Positions 50,194 through 61,639 are shown, numbered from the whole stretch's first letter. The stretch: 63,065 nt of DNA, filler included, from Octopus bimaculoides (GCF_001194135.2; 7 parts of 5 records of this genome joined end to end with filler, not necessarily neighbours in it), one strand, 5' to 3'. The notes: generated by a model from the sequence alone, not told the origin. Numbers and translations: made by a program.

Positions 50194-51262
50194 AGCAAAA
50201 ATTGCATTGAAAAAGAATTGGCAGAATACCTGCCAACTGTAAAATTTATTTCCCAGGGGTACAAATTTGCAACAGTATGGTTGCTATTTGGTACCTCCGA
50301 GGAAGCCTGTACCTTCGCGGGGAAACCCCCGGAGGGAAAAGGAAATTGTGTTCCTCCCCACTTATTGTAGGAGAAAAATAATAAGAACCTGGGTGTGCGG
50401 GCTACCCCCGGGCATAGAGGTCGGATGGATTGAAGATACCATCCGGTGAGACCTGGGGGATATCAGCCCCAGGTTGCTCAATGTAACCATGGCTACCGCG
50501 GTCAACTGGGAAGGGTCGAAGGCAACTTTGACCCTGTGGACTCCAGTGGCCGCGGGGAAAATGACTTTCCCGGAATTTTTGACAATGGCAGGCTCCAGGT
50601 ATCCAGTGATACTGGAGGGTCGCCCCCAAGTGTCAGTTGTGCCTGGAGTCGGGCCATGTCAAAAAGGATTGTCCAAGGGGTTGTGGTAAGGCCCCGGAGC
50701 AGGGAAAGGAGCGCTCCGCCCTCTCATTGCAGAGAGAGGCGGAAGAGGTTGTTGAGGAATTAAAATCAACAAATAGGAAAAGGAAGGTGAGCAACGATAG
50801 TTGCTCACCAGAAGATGATGTGCAGGATGCGGGAGAGAAGAGGGACCCCTCGAGTGTGCCGGTGGAGGCCCCGACTCCCGCAACCGGGAAAAGAAGAAAC
50901 AAAAAGAGAAATCGAAGACGGAGAGAGAGACTCTGTCAGTGGGAACTGTGCCACTTACAGAGCAGGTTGAGGTCCCTCCCAGTGTCATAGGGGATGATTT
51001 GGTCATTTCCTACCTCAAAGAGGGACCTGCAGAAAGTTTTTTGGACCGTCTGCTAAGCCGAGAGCGGTATGACTCGGTTTGTGCAGACAGTCCATGTTGG
51101 CCTCCACAGATGATGGCAGAGGTCGTTTCTACAAAAGAACTTGAAGAAATTAAGAAGACCTGTAATCGGGAGGACTTTGTTTCCTTCCGTCCGGGCCTAC
51201 CAGTGCAGGCCTTTCTGCAAGCTGCAGGAATCTTGCTTGGGGGTCCGGATAAGGAAGATTGA
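50194..51262 (+). pseudogene. Second, different L1/Tx1-like ORF1 (RRM-like + zinc knuckle + extra C-terminal region), frameshifted
   Basis: Pieces across ORFs 50267, 50474, 50637 and 50939: WVCGLPPGIEVGWIEDTI...YPVILEGRP / CLESGHVKKDCP / ...FRPGLPVQAFLQAAGILLGGPDKED*. No APE/RT follows. Confidence 0.75.
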
Positions 51263-52834
51263 ACTGTTGAATTTTGTAGAATTTAATGAGCTAACAGCAT
51301 TGATTCGTTAGCATTTTTCAAGACAACGTTGCAACAAACGCAGTAGCAGGTGTCAGAATTTTTAACATCTTGCCGTAACCAATCTCTAAGCTCAGCATCT
51401 TCCAACCACGACTTCTTGAAATTTTGGGTGTATTACTTCCTCTCTTTTTGAACGCACTATTGTCTGCCATTACTTCGCAAATAGTTACAAAACAAAAACA
51501 CTCACTCAAAATGTTGTTAAACAAATCTGAAATCGCAAGTAACAATCGGAGCGTACACCATCAACACAGTCAAGCTGTCAATTGGTGGTGTCAGAGTTTC
51601 AGACAAATGCACAAGCGGCCACCAACGCAACTTGTAGTCGCTCGGTATGATACAAATATAAACAAATCATAAACGCGTACGATTGGTAATTATGTCACAT
51701 ACAATATTTGTATCGATAAATTCATTACGTGAGATGATTATGGATGATATATAGAAAGTTTACAAAGTATTAGATNNNNNNNNNNNNNNNNNNNNNNNNN
51801 NNNNNNNNNNNNNNNNNNNNNNNNNNNNNNNNNNNNNNNNNNNNNNNNNNNNNNNNNNNNNNNNNNNNNNNNNNNNNNNNNNNNNNNNNNNNNNNNNNNN
51901 NNNNNNNNNNNNNNNNNNNNNNNNNNNNNNNNNNNNNNNNNNNNNNNNNNNNNNNNNNNNNNNNNNNNNNNNNNNNNNNNNNNNNNNNNNNNNNNNNNNN
52001 NNNNNNNNNNNNNNNNNNNNNNNNNNNNNNNNNNNNNNNTGTCACATACAATATTTGTATCGATAAATTCATTACGTGAGATGATTATGGATGATATATA
52101 GAAAGTTTACAAAGTATTAGATGTTAATGATTTTTGCAGAGTATGTCTTCTTACTGAAGAGTGTGTGACTCAAAGATGAAGTTCCAAACAACATGATTTA
52201 GTTTCGTTACATTTACAGTTATAAATCAACCACATCAGATCGATGAAAGTCAACATATAATTTTAACGGTATGCATTTGTTGACAATCTACTAAGGAAAG
52301 AGTGTATGAAAGATGAGATATAAAGAGTAATCTGTAAATGTGGTAGGCATGACAATTAGATTAATCACGTGTGAGTAGATGAATGTCAGTGTGAAACAAA
52401 TGAGTGGGAGAGAAAGGAGAGATACAGTAGTTTTCGTTTGACCCAGAGACAGCGTTTCTCGTTTAGCCCCAAAACAGTCTGCAACAGGCTGTCACAATCG
52501 CAAGCAAGGAACTGACCCCTTTGGCTAGTCAGTTGATCGTATTTATATGAACAAACCTTAGCTAAATATTCAGGTTAGATTCGGTTAATCTGATCTTAAT
52601 TTCACCTAACTGGTCATTAAAAAAACTCATCAATCATTGTTTCAGTTTGGCGGGCAAAAGTGCAACCAGTAATTTTGAGATGCGGCTTCAAATCTCAGAC
52701 GATAGAATTGATATTTGCTCTTTATGAACTTATAAACCCAGATTTATTGTAAATTTGGAAATTAAAACCCATAAACCCACCATCACCCCAAAAAACCCAG
52801 ATCTGGGTGGAAATGCCCATCAGTGGCATCCTTG

Positions 52835-52932
52835 CCCAGGACACCTGATGAAGGTTGGAGAGTGCATCAACCGAAACGTTGTGTTAACAACAAACAAGAT
52901 GAGGACAAATATCTGTCAAATGTAAATAATGT
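52835..52932 (+). mobile_element. Penelope-like terminal repeat fragment carrying the hammerhead
   Basis: Hammerhead motif followed by an AT-rich tail with TGTAAATAA x2. Confidence 0.6.
52840..52885 (+). ncRNA. Minimal type I hammerhead ribozyme (Penelope-type, dimer-dependent)
   Basis: Stem I GACAC(52840-44)/GTGTT(52881-85); core CTGATGA(52845-51) plus one extra A; stem II GGTTG/CAACC; GAAA(52873-76); loopless palindromic stem III ACGT; GUU cleavage triplet. Confidence 0.75.
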
Positions 52933-52934
52933 AA

Positions 52935-53203
52935 ATAATCCTTTTCTCTTGTTTTGAAAGTTCGGAGAATCCATCCACCTAGCCATCTGCACTTTATTGC
53001 TAAATTGATAACATGCATCTGAAAGGATGCATCATTGCTCATGTCAGTGATCAGATCTCGCACTGATTTTGATTCAGGGATTGTAATTCCTCCCGGGCCA
53101 GAGCATCCTGTCTGCATGTCGTTTGGCTTTGTGTGCTGGTCGCGTAGGGCATGGAATTTTCCTGCTTTAAAATGCATGTTGTTGTTCTCAGCCACCCTGT
53201 ATG
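52935..53203 (-). mobile_element. CR1-like LINE ORF2 fragment (post-RT)
   Basis: NNMHFKAGKFHAL...SVRDL..MSNDASFQMHV..LAIKCRWLGGWILRTFKTREK; same family as 31960-33170. Confidence 0.85.
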
Positions 53204-53369
53204 NNNNNNNNNNNNNNNNNNNNNNNNNNNNNNNNNNNNNNNNNNNNNNNNNNNNNNNNNNNNNNNNNNNNNNNNNNNNNNNNNNNNNNNNNNNNNNNNN
53301 NNNNNNNNNNNNNNNNNNNNNNNNNNNNNNNNNNNNNNNNNNNNNNNNNNNTATATATATATCACAAAG

Positions 53370-53710
53370 TAAAGTTGTAAGGTACCGCACGAGTGGAAAT
53401 ATATATATGAAAGAAGGTTTGAAAATGCAGTTTTAAAGATGTTTATTCACTGGACCAGTTTCACTTTTTTAGAAAAAGATTGTCAAAAGTAAAATGTACA
53501 GCTTTGTATGAGCTTTGTTGTGTTAAGTACTGGTTGTCACAATAGTATTAAAATACAGATATACATTCTTTGATAATAATAAGAAAATGTTAAAAACAGT
53601 TCACAAGGAAGTATTTAAGAAAGTAATCAGAACGGGACTCCAAAAAGTATTATGAGTTCAATAAAAATAATGTTTGTTTGGTAGTATATATATACACATA
53701 GAAGGAGATA
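53370..53710 (-). mobile_element. Penelope-like terminal repeat with a decayed hammerhead (53441-53492)
   Basis: Reverse complement: TTACTT-TTGACAA-T-CTTTTT-CTA-AAAAAG-T-GAAACTGGTC-CAGTGAATAAA. Confidence 0.5.
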
Positions 53711-53718
53711 TATTTAAG

Positions 53719-53831
53719 AATCTGAAGCCCCAGGGATGACGAACACTCTCATCAATAAGAGACAAAATCTTTGAAGAAATGGAAATTCGTCTTTCTTTTT
53801 GTTAGTTTGAATCATCAGCTTGCTACCATTA
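53719..53831 (+). repeat. 113-bp copy of an internal Tigger segment (55023-55134)
   Basis: Direct alignment shows about five differences, including one extra T. Confidence 0.9.
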
Positions 53832-53954
53832 CAAAAAATTGTAGTGGAATAACTGACCTGTCTTTCTGGCATTTTGTTTTGTGTGTAGCTAAGGAATGCT
53901 TGCTATTTTAAGGGACAGTGTGGGAGGTTGGTTGTGGGGAAGGAAGAGCAATGT

Positions 53955-54197
53955 GGTTTTAGGGACTGCAAAGGGTACTAAAGTTGCCCCTACTTATGCA
54001 AACCTGGTGATGGCCTACCGAGAATTACAAATTTATGAAGAATCCAAATCCAAATCAAAATTCGGCCTGTCTTTCCACAACTACCTGTTGGAGAATTGGA
54101 AACGCTACTTGGATGATTGCCTCATCCTATGGTCCCCCACACTCGACCAACTCCATGATTTCAAAAACCTAATCAACAGTGTCAACAACCAAATGAA
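53955..54197 (+). mobile_element. Penelope-like element reverse transcriptase fragment
   Basis: GTAKGTKVAPTYANLVMAY...WKRYLDDCLILW...FKNLINS matches the PLE RT motifs GxxMGxxxAPxYAN and RYxDD. Confidence 0.9.
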
Positions 54198-54423
54198 AAA
54201 AAAAGAAGTCATTTTCTCCTTCCTCTGTTTCATCGTTGCATTGATCTATACCCTTCACATTTTCCCTATTTGTCTTCGATTATGCAACATCCCATACTTT
54301 GAGATATCCCAGAAACAGTTGTAAGACGGAATTTTCTCCAAAATATTAACGTATATGACTTGAGATGTTTGCCTTACCTTAACGTTTATTGTCCTCTTTA
54401 ACAATTATATATATACATATATA

Positions 54424-56940
54424 CAGGCATACCTCAGCTTAAGTCGTTCTTGATTATACGTCGGTTTTCAAAAATAATATATGGAAAAATAAAATCAAAT
54501 TAAATCATTTTACTCGACTTTACGTCTGTCCACCATGAATATTGGAATCGTAAAATCACTAGAAAACCGTTAAAAGCACATAAAATCATGTTACTGTACA
54601 ATAAATAAGAATAAAAGCATATAAAATTATATTAAAATGCGTACAGTAAATGTTAAGATGCACACCATAAAGTAGTGTAGCTTAGTAAACGAAATCATGA
54701 AATCAGCTGTGCTGGCTTATTTATCGGTCTTTCGGAGCTCATATTGCACTGCACTCCCAATATCTGCCGTTAGGCGTTGTTGTCGTTCGTGATTCCCGCG
54801 ATTGTTTTGAATTCAGATTTCTTTACGTCTGTTTATCGGCTCCGAAGAATATTCATAGTGAAAGTGCTAAGCGTCATACTATAATGCTGGAAAATAAACT
54901 GGCTATGATAAAATGCAATGAAAAAGGTGAAAAAGTGGTAGCAATTGCACGATCTTTGGGGATGAGTCGGACAACTGTATCGACGATTGTACCTAATAAG
55001 GACAAGATTTTAGCACATATCAAATCTGAAGCCCCAGGGATGACGAACACCCTCATCAATAAGAGACAAAATGTTTGAAGAAATGGAAATTCGTCTTTCT
55101 TTTGTTAGTTTGAATTATCAACTTGCTACCATTAATCAAGAAACCATTCAAGAGAAAGCGTTGTCTTTGTTTGAGGACCTGAAGAAAAAAATATCCAGAT
55201 GAGAAAGATGTAGAGTTCAAGGTAAATCAAGGGTAGTTCATGAAATTTAAGAAGCGAAGAAGTTATCACTCCATTAAGAAGCAAGGTGAAAGTGCATCAG
55301 CTGACGAACAAGTAGCAGCGGAATTTCCTAATGCATTAAAGAAAATCATCGAAAAAAACGGGTTTCTTCACGAACAGATTTTTAACACAGACGAAACTGG
55401 ATTGCATTGGAAAAAATTGCCAGACCGTTCATTCGTTTCCAAGGAGAAAACTATTCCAGGCTGCAAGGTCTCAAAATAACGTGTGACCATTATGTTGAGA
55501 GGTAATTGTGCAGGAGATTTTAAGTTAAAGCCATTGCTTGTGTATCATGCACACAATCCCATACCCAGAATAACATACCCAAGCCATCTCTCCCTGTTAT
55601 ATGGATGGCTAATTCAAAAGCATGAGTTACTGTTGTTTTTGATTATTGGTTCTGCAATAATTTTATTCCAGAGAAGTACTGTAAGGAGAAGGGGATTCCA
55701 TTTAAGGTTTTACTTCTCTTAGATAACGCTCTTGGCCACCCGCAAAACATTGTAGATTTTGACCCCAACGTTACCGTCGTGTACCTTCCTCCGAACAACA
55801 CATCTCTTCGGCAGCCAATGGATCAGGAAATAATTGCTATCTTCAAGCCTTACTATATGAAGCGTACGCTGCGGTAAGCAATAGCTGCGTTTTGATGAGC
55901 CCATCACACTTCGTGAAGAGATACGATATCTATAGGGCTGTACAGAACATAACAGCGGTATGTAATGATGTACAGAGCACGGCTATGAATGGTGTATGGA
56001 AGAAGCTATGCCCGTAATTCGTGAAAATTTTAAGGGGTTTGATAATGTTGCCATCAATAAAACGTTGGTGACTTCGAGCAAAGAACTGGAAATGGATTTG
56101 GAGGAGGAGGATTTCACAGATTTATTTGAAAAAGACAAGCAGCCCCTGACAAACGAGGATTTGATAGAGCTTCACAAGCAGCCAAATAAAGAAGATGAAG
56201 TCGAACCTGAGCTACGTCACTCTACCATTAAGAAAACGCAGCAAGCATTTGCATATATCGAAAAAGGTTTTTCGATGTTTCAGGATAAGGATCCAAATAC
56301 TCAACGCTTTTCCAAGTTTGAGGGGGCTTGTCACGAAGCTATTTGCCCCTAATAATGTTATCCTTGGGGGAAAAGGAGACAGTTCAAGGAACTCTCAACC
56401 GGTTTTTTAAGCGCATCGAACAACAAGAACAGCCAGAGTCAGTGGTTGATGTTGAGGATCCACAGCCATCTACACCAGCGATGTAAACCACCAAACTGCA
56501 TGTACGTATTGGTAAATTTAAAATAATTCAGGTTTTTTTTACTATTGCAAAATAATAATAATAATTACTGGACTTATTTTTTAAGCTTAAAAAAGGCTTT
56601 TATTTTACAATGTCTTATTGCAAACCGCATTCATAAATAAAGCGTCTGCAATGTACGGTAAACACAACCAAACTGTATTCGGAAATTTATATTCCTTTTT
56701 TTTTTAATGTACTGTATTAGAAAATAAAAGCTATTTGTTTGTAATCTTAAATGGGTTTTTATTAACCATGTATTATTGAAAATGTATTCATAAATAGAGT
56801 ATAGAAATGGGAATGGTTATTATTGGTTTAGCCTAGAGACAAGTAAATTAGGCTTAGCCTAGCCTAGCCTAGAGACAAGTCAATTCGACTTAAGTCGTGT
56901 CTCTTGGAACCAATTGACGACGTAGGGTGAGGTATACCTG
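54424..56940 (+). mobile_element. Full-length decayed Tigger/pogo DNA transposon (~2.5 kb)
   Basis: TA|CAGGCATACCTCA ... TGAGGTATACCTG|TA termini. CENP-B-type HTH (KLAMIK..EKGEKVVAIARSLGMSRTTVSTI) and DDE_1 motifs IFNTDETGLHWKK, LLLLDNALGHP, LPPNNTSLRQPMDQ; many stops and frameshifts. Confidence 0.95.
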
Positions 56941-56982
56941 TATATATATACATACATACACATATATATATATATATATATA

Positions 56983-57419
56983 CAACTTTACGATGAAAGT
57001 AAACAAACAAAGTTTGTTCTTTTTTAGAAGCGTTGAGTTGTATTGTAAAAACAAAAATAAATTTATTTCTCAAACGCGTGATAAATATAAATTATCCAAT
57101 TATTGCAGAAAAATACGCTACTGGTCAGCCATGAGACTCGAACTCACATCTCTGTGATTACGCGTCAAGTGTTTTACCATTAAACTAAACTGCCCAGCAA
57201 CGAATTCTTTTGCAAATTTTAGAACTTATAAATTTAGCTTCATAAGACGCTAACGTTAAGTTCAACTTTACGATGAAAGTAAACAAAGTTTGTTCTTTTT
57301 TAGAAGCGTTGAGATGTATTGTAAGAACAGAAATAAATTTATTTCTCAAACGCGTGATAATGCAATAAATAGCGTGATCAGGATAAATTATCCATTTATT
57401 GCAGAAAAATACGCTATTG
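56983..57419. repeat. ~280-bp tandem repeat (1.5 units visible) containing a tRNA-like sequence
   Basis: CAACTTTACGATGAAAGTAAACAAA starts units at 56983 and 57263; the second unit is cut by a linker. Confidence 0.85.
57122..57195 (-). pseudogene. tRNA-like sequence, Thr(CGT)-like, imperfect cloverleaf
   Basis: GGGCAGT-TA-GTTT AATGGTA AAAC-...GA CGCGTAA TC...-GTGAG TTCGAGT CTCAT-GGCTGACC-A. D and T arms are good; acceptor and anticodon stems have mismatches. Confidence 0.6.
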
Positions 57420-57519
57420 NNNNNNNNNNNNNNNNNNNNNNNNNNNNNNNNNNNNNNNNNNNNTTAATTAATTAANNNNNNNNNNNNNNNNNNNNNNNNN
57501 NNNNNNNNNNNNNNNNNNN
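57420..57519. other. Artificial scaffold linker N44-TTAATTAATTAA-N44
   Basis: Same 100-bp structure as 7374. Confidence 0.97.
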
Positions 57520-58391
57520 ATATATATATATATATATATATATACATATGTACACACACACAGGCAGACATAGACATGCATACATGTACACAAACACATA
57601 CATATATATAGATATATATATACACACATACATATATGCATACGTACATACGTACATACGTACATACATACATACAACATGCATAGGACATTTGCTCTCC
57701 AGTCTCTCAATGATGATTGGCGAGGTATTTTAAGAGAGTAATTCGCGCCTTGGAGTCAGATTACATGTAAAAAGAGAAACCTACAGATTTATTTGATGCA
57801 GTCTATTATTTATTTATGGGCTGTGGAATTTAGCTTAATAGCACACACTCAAACACGTTTTAAACACACTGTCCACACAAACACATACACGTATTTTTAT
57901 TGTATAGATATACGTGTGTGTGTGTATATATATAAATAATTATATCTATATATATATATATATATATATAAATATATATAAATACATATNNNNNNNNNNN
58001 NNNNNNNNNNNNNNNNNNNNNNNNNNNNNNNNNNNNNNNNNNNNNNNNNNNNNNNNNNNNNNNNNNNNNNNNNNNNNNNNNNNNNNNNNNNNNNNNNNNN
58101 NNNNNNNNNNNNNNNNNNNNNNNNNNNNNNNNNNNNNNNNNNNNNNNNNNNNNNNNNNNNNNNNNNNNNNNNNNNNNNNNNNNNNNNNNNNNNNNNNNNN
58201 NNNNNNNNNNNNNNNNNNNNNNNNNNNNNNNNNNNNNNNNNNNNNNNNNNNNNNNNNNNNNNNNNNNNNNNNNNNNNNNNNNNNNNNNNNNNNNNNNNNN
58301 NNNNNNNNNNNNNNNNNNNNNNNNNNNNNNNNNNNNNNNNNNNNNNNNNNNNNNNNNNNNNNNNNNNNNNNNNNNNNNNNNNNNNNNNNNN

Positions 58392-58425
<34 letters not shown>

Positions 58426-58451
58426 TATATATATATATGTATCATAGTTTT

Positions 58452-58531
58452 CAGAAGTAACAGAGAGACTCAAGGACCGATAAGTGTTACCGCACGGAAA
58501 TTTCGGCCCTTGAGTCACTCTTTTGCTTCTG
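58452..58531. repeat. 80-nt hairpin: 29-bp arms (25/29 match), 22-nt loop
   Basis: CAGAAGTAACAGAGAGACTCAAGGACCGA versus the reverse complement of the right arm, CAGAAGCAAAAGAGTGACTCAAGGGCCGA. Confidence 0.9.
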
Positions 58532-58652
58532 CTACATATTAATAAAATATTATTAAGTTGGGATGGACGATAATACTTATGTAATATTTTAATTTTGTGC
58601 AACCATTATTGCCTTCGATATAGGTCTTTCGTTAGGTTCAACAATCGTTTCT

Positions 58653-59054
58653 CTCAGTGTGAGAATGCATATGTGCAATTTTCATCAGTTTACAGACAAA
58701 ATTAAACCAATAGATGCAGTGAGAGACAAAATACAGTTATAATGAAAATACAATATATACAAAAATAAAGAAATAGGGGGAAAGAGGGAGGTCAGGTTGG
58801 CTATAAATTACAATTCATTCTTCGTGGTCAGATTATGAGGAAGAAAGTGATAGACAGAATAAAAGCTTTCTTCCTTATACCCTGACCACGAAGACAGAAT
58901 TGTAATTTATAGTCAACCTGACACCTCCCCCTTTTCGCTATTTTTTAATTCTTATATGTTGTATTTTTATTATAATATTTTCACTTTGGTTTTAATCTTG
59001 TCTGTAAACCGATGAAAATTACACACTGATTTGGGTATTCATCCTCACAGTGAG
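58653..59054. mobile_element. ~400-bp foldback/MITE-like palindrome (arms ~190 bp, 18-nt loop 58848-58865)
   Basis: Arms share blocks such as TTTTCATC.GTTTACAGACAA.ATTAAA, TCAGGTTG.CTATAAATTACAATTC and TCTTCGTGGTCAG; there are indels between the arms. Confidence 0.85.
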
Positions 59055-59587
59055 TGAAACGACATGGATGTAACGAAGGACTTACTTAAACAATCACCTG
59101 AGGAGGAGAATTTTACACCTTGGATGGCTGAAAATGCTTACATGCCATGAAAATTAGTTGAAACACTTGTAGTGATTTTTTAATAAATTATGTCGTTCAT
59201 TCCATTCGGAAAGTGATGGACAAGGGTGAAACCCACAAAACTAAACATAATGGGGAAAAGTGTGTACAATGAACAGTATGCATACATATATGTGTGTGTG
59301 CATGCGTATGTGTGTGTGTGCATATATATAGGAATTGTGGCACCAAAATGTACCAATTTTTGCTAAAAATACCCGACGATAACATTTATATATTCAGTGA
59401 AGCTTTACCTAGCGCCGAACGGTTATCGACTGCTATTTCCAGCAAAAATTCGTACCTTCTTGTGCCATTATTTCCTATTTATAATTCTACCTTTAGGATG
59501 CTTTATTTCGCTGGAAAATAATATTATCATATTGTAATAATATTTATCATATATATATATACATATACCGTTATAATATATATATAT

Positions 59588-59735
59588 GTTCTGAGTTCAA
59601 ATTCCGCTGAGGTCGACTTTGACTTTCATCCTTTTGAGATCGATAAATTAAGTACCAGTTGAACACTGAGGACGATGTAATTGACACATCTCCTTCCCCC
59701 AAATGGCTTCTCTTGTGGCAAAATTTGAAACCATT
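59588..59735 (+). mobile_element. SINE family B, 5'-truncated, diverged B1-like tail
   Basis: GTTCTGAGTTCAAATTCCGCTGAGGTCGACTTTG..TCATCC..GATAAATTAAGTACCAG. Confidence 0.85.
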
Positions 59736-61344
59736 ATTTGTCAAGGTTAAAGTTTCTTTTTTTATAAATTCTTTTCATTTATCTAACATTATGCTTGACC
59801 AAGTTAAATACATAAACTGTCACATTTCCGATATCCTCCCCAAACCACTTGCTATCTCGCAACATTTTGTCATCTCACATTATCAACATGTTCCATGCCA
59901 ACATTAAGCTTATACCTAATTAAAATAATCCAATATGGCAGATCCATTTAATATTCACGCCAATAGTTTGTTATAATCAGAGGAAATATAACATTGCATA
60001 CTCACAATTACTGAAATGTCTACTTCGGAATATCGTAATCCGCCAAAAGTATGAAAATGAAATTCATCAAGAAGTTGTGTTGGCTTATATTTGGTTTGTT
60101 ATTTTACGTTGAAGGATATAAAAAGAAAAAAACCAACAGAGGTAAATTGAATGAAGAATTATTTCATAGCCTTGTTTATTGTGAGATAATATGACAAGGT
60201 TCTGACTCATAAATATATACGCCATATATCCTAGCGTTTTCCTTTGTGATCTAAAATAACATGTCGTGTTTAAGTAAATAATTTAACCTCTAAACTGATA
60301 AATGGGGGCATAAACAGTGCTAGCAAATAGTAACAGGGTACTCCTTAACGAACTGGTCGTCAAATAGCCGTCATTTGATCTAAGATTTCTCACTTACCCA
60401 TCTCATTGTACTTTACAGAAATCTATAGGCGTAACATTCGTTGTAACATCATCCTGGACATTAACTTCATTAACAAATCAATTATGCAGCTACGAGAATG
60501 TAAGGAAACGAAAGAAAAAATTACTTATCACAAAGCGGCTGTCGACAGGAAATGTATGTTTTATAAATCAAAGAATATCTCTACTCGTTTCGAATAACTT
60601 TTTATAGCCACGTATTTTCATTTGCTAACAGCTGAATCCCATGTTTCAAGATACGTCATTATGACTGATAAAAATCAGGCATATTTCAGGAAAAACTGAA
60701 TTATTTTCAGAAACAAAATATATCATAATATTAATGTTTGATGGTTCATGTCATGAAGAAAAATTACAGTAATTATTGGATGAACTGGAAAAATATTTAG
60801 ATTTTTTCCTCTGATTGATTTCAATATTCATTTCGTTTTATCTACCACAAAACGAATCCTTACAAGGAAAGCACAAATTAACAGAGAGACAGACACAGAC
60901 AGGCAGACGAACAGACGGTAAGAAAATGAATCACTTCATCTTTCTTCTTTACTTAATCAACCCTAAAAGGATTGAAATTCAGGTTATAGGAGAACAAGTT
61001 TAAATACACCAATACATCGATTAGTTGGCTGATTGACAGATTAATGAGCCCATTGATTGACTTAACTGATTGATGTTCAATATTTGAAACAGTCTTAGTG
61101 AAGTTAGTCGATAAAAAAGTCAAGCGATTTCCGTTATCTTTGGATATAAATCCATTTCCTTGATGTCTTTAAATCCGTTTGGAGATTCTTGAACCTTCAA
61201 AATTCTATTTCTTCAAAACCCAAAACATACGTACTAAATATTCTACCATAAATATCAATCTTAGGGAAAGTACATTTCAACCTCGAACAATTTCTTTAAA
61301 ATTCGTAAAATATATTCCGATCTATCGTGTGTGTGTGTGTATTA

Positions 61345-61374
61345 TCTATATATATAAAAGTGAGAATGTGTGTG

Positions 61375-61413
<39 letters not shown>

Positions 61414-61639
61414 GTGAATCCCTAAAACTCGAGAACTACGCAACCAATTTCATTCAAATTTTACAGATGCCTTACTTAGGGTTCCAGTTGTGTTTTAGTC
61501 AAAAAAAAATTTAACTTCTTCCAGAGTTCGAGCCCACAGCAACATAATATCTCCTCCACTATTTAAGTATTACGTGTCAAAAGTGAAACAAAAACACTCA
61601 TGTCAAATACTTTCACTTTAAAAATGAAACTATTCTACT
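61345..61639 (+). mobile_element. Non-autonomous Helitron-type element 5' end with (CTGT)n
   Basis: A|TCTATATATATAAAAG start, (TGTC)n tract, then AACTACGCAACCAATTTCATTCAAATTTT, the usual layout of animal non-autonomous Helitrons. The 3' end is lost at the linker. Confidence 0.7.

Noticed and set aside
51318-51545. ORF MADNSAFKKRGSNTPKISRSRGWKMLSLEIG... as a host exon or transposase start
   Set aside because: No recognisable domain and no supporting splice signals.
51693-52122. 83-bp perfect direct repeat flanking an N gap (could mimic LTRs or a TSD)
   Set aside because: Both copies abut the gap exactly; overlap artefact.
58620-58690. Minus-strand CTGATGA...GAAAC as another hammerhead (also checked 34148, 44497, 27729)
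   Set aside because: No closing stem II or no stem I pairing; core heptamer only.
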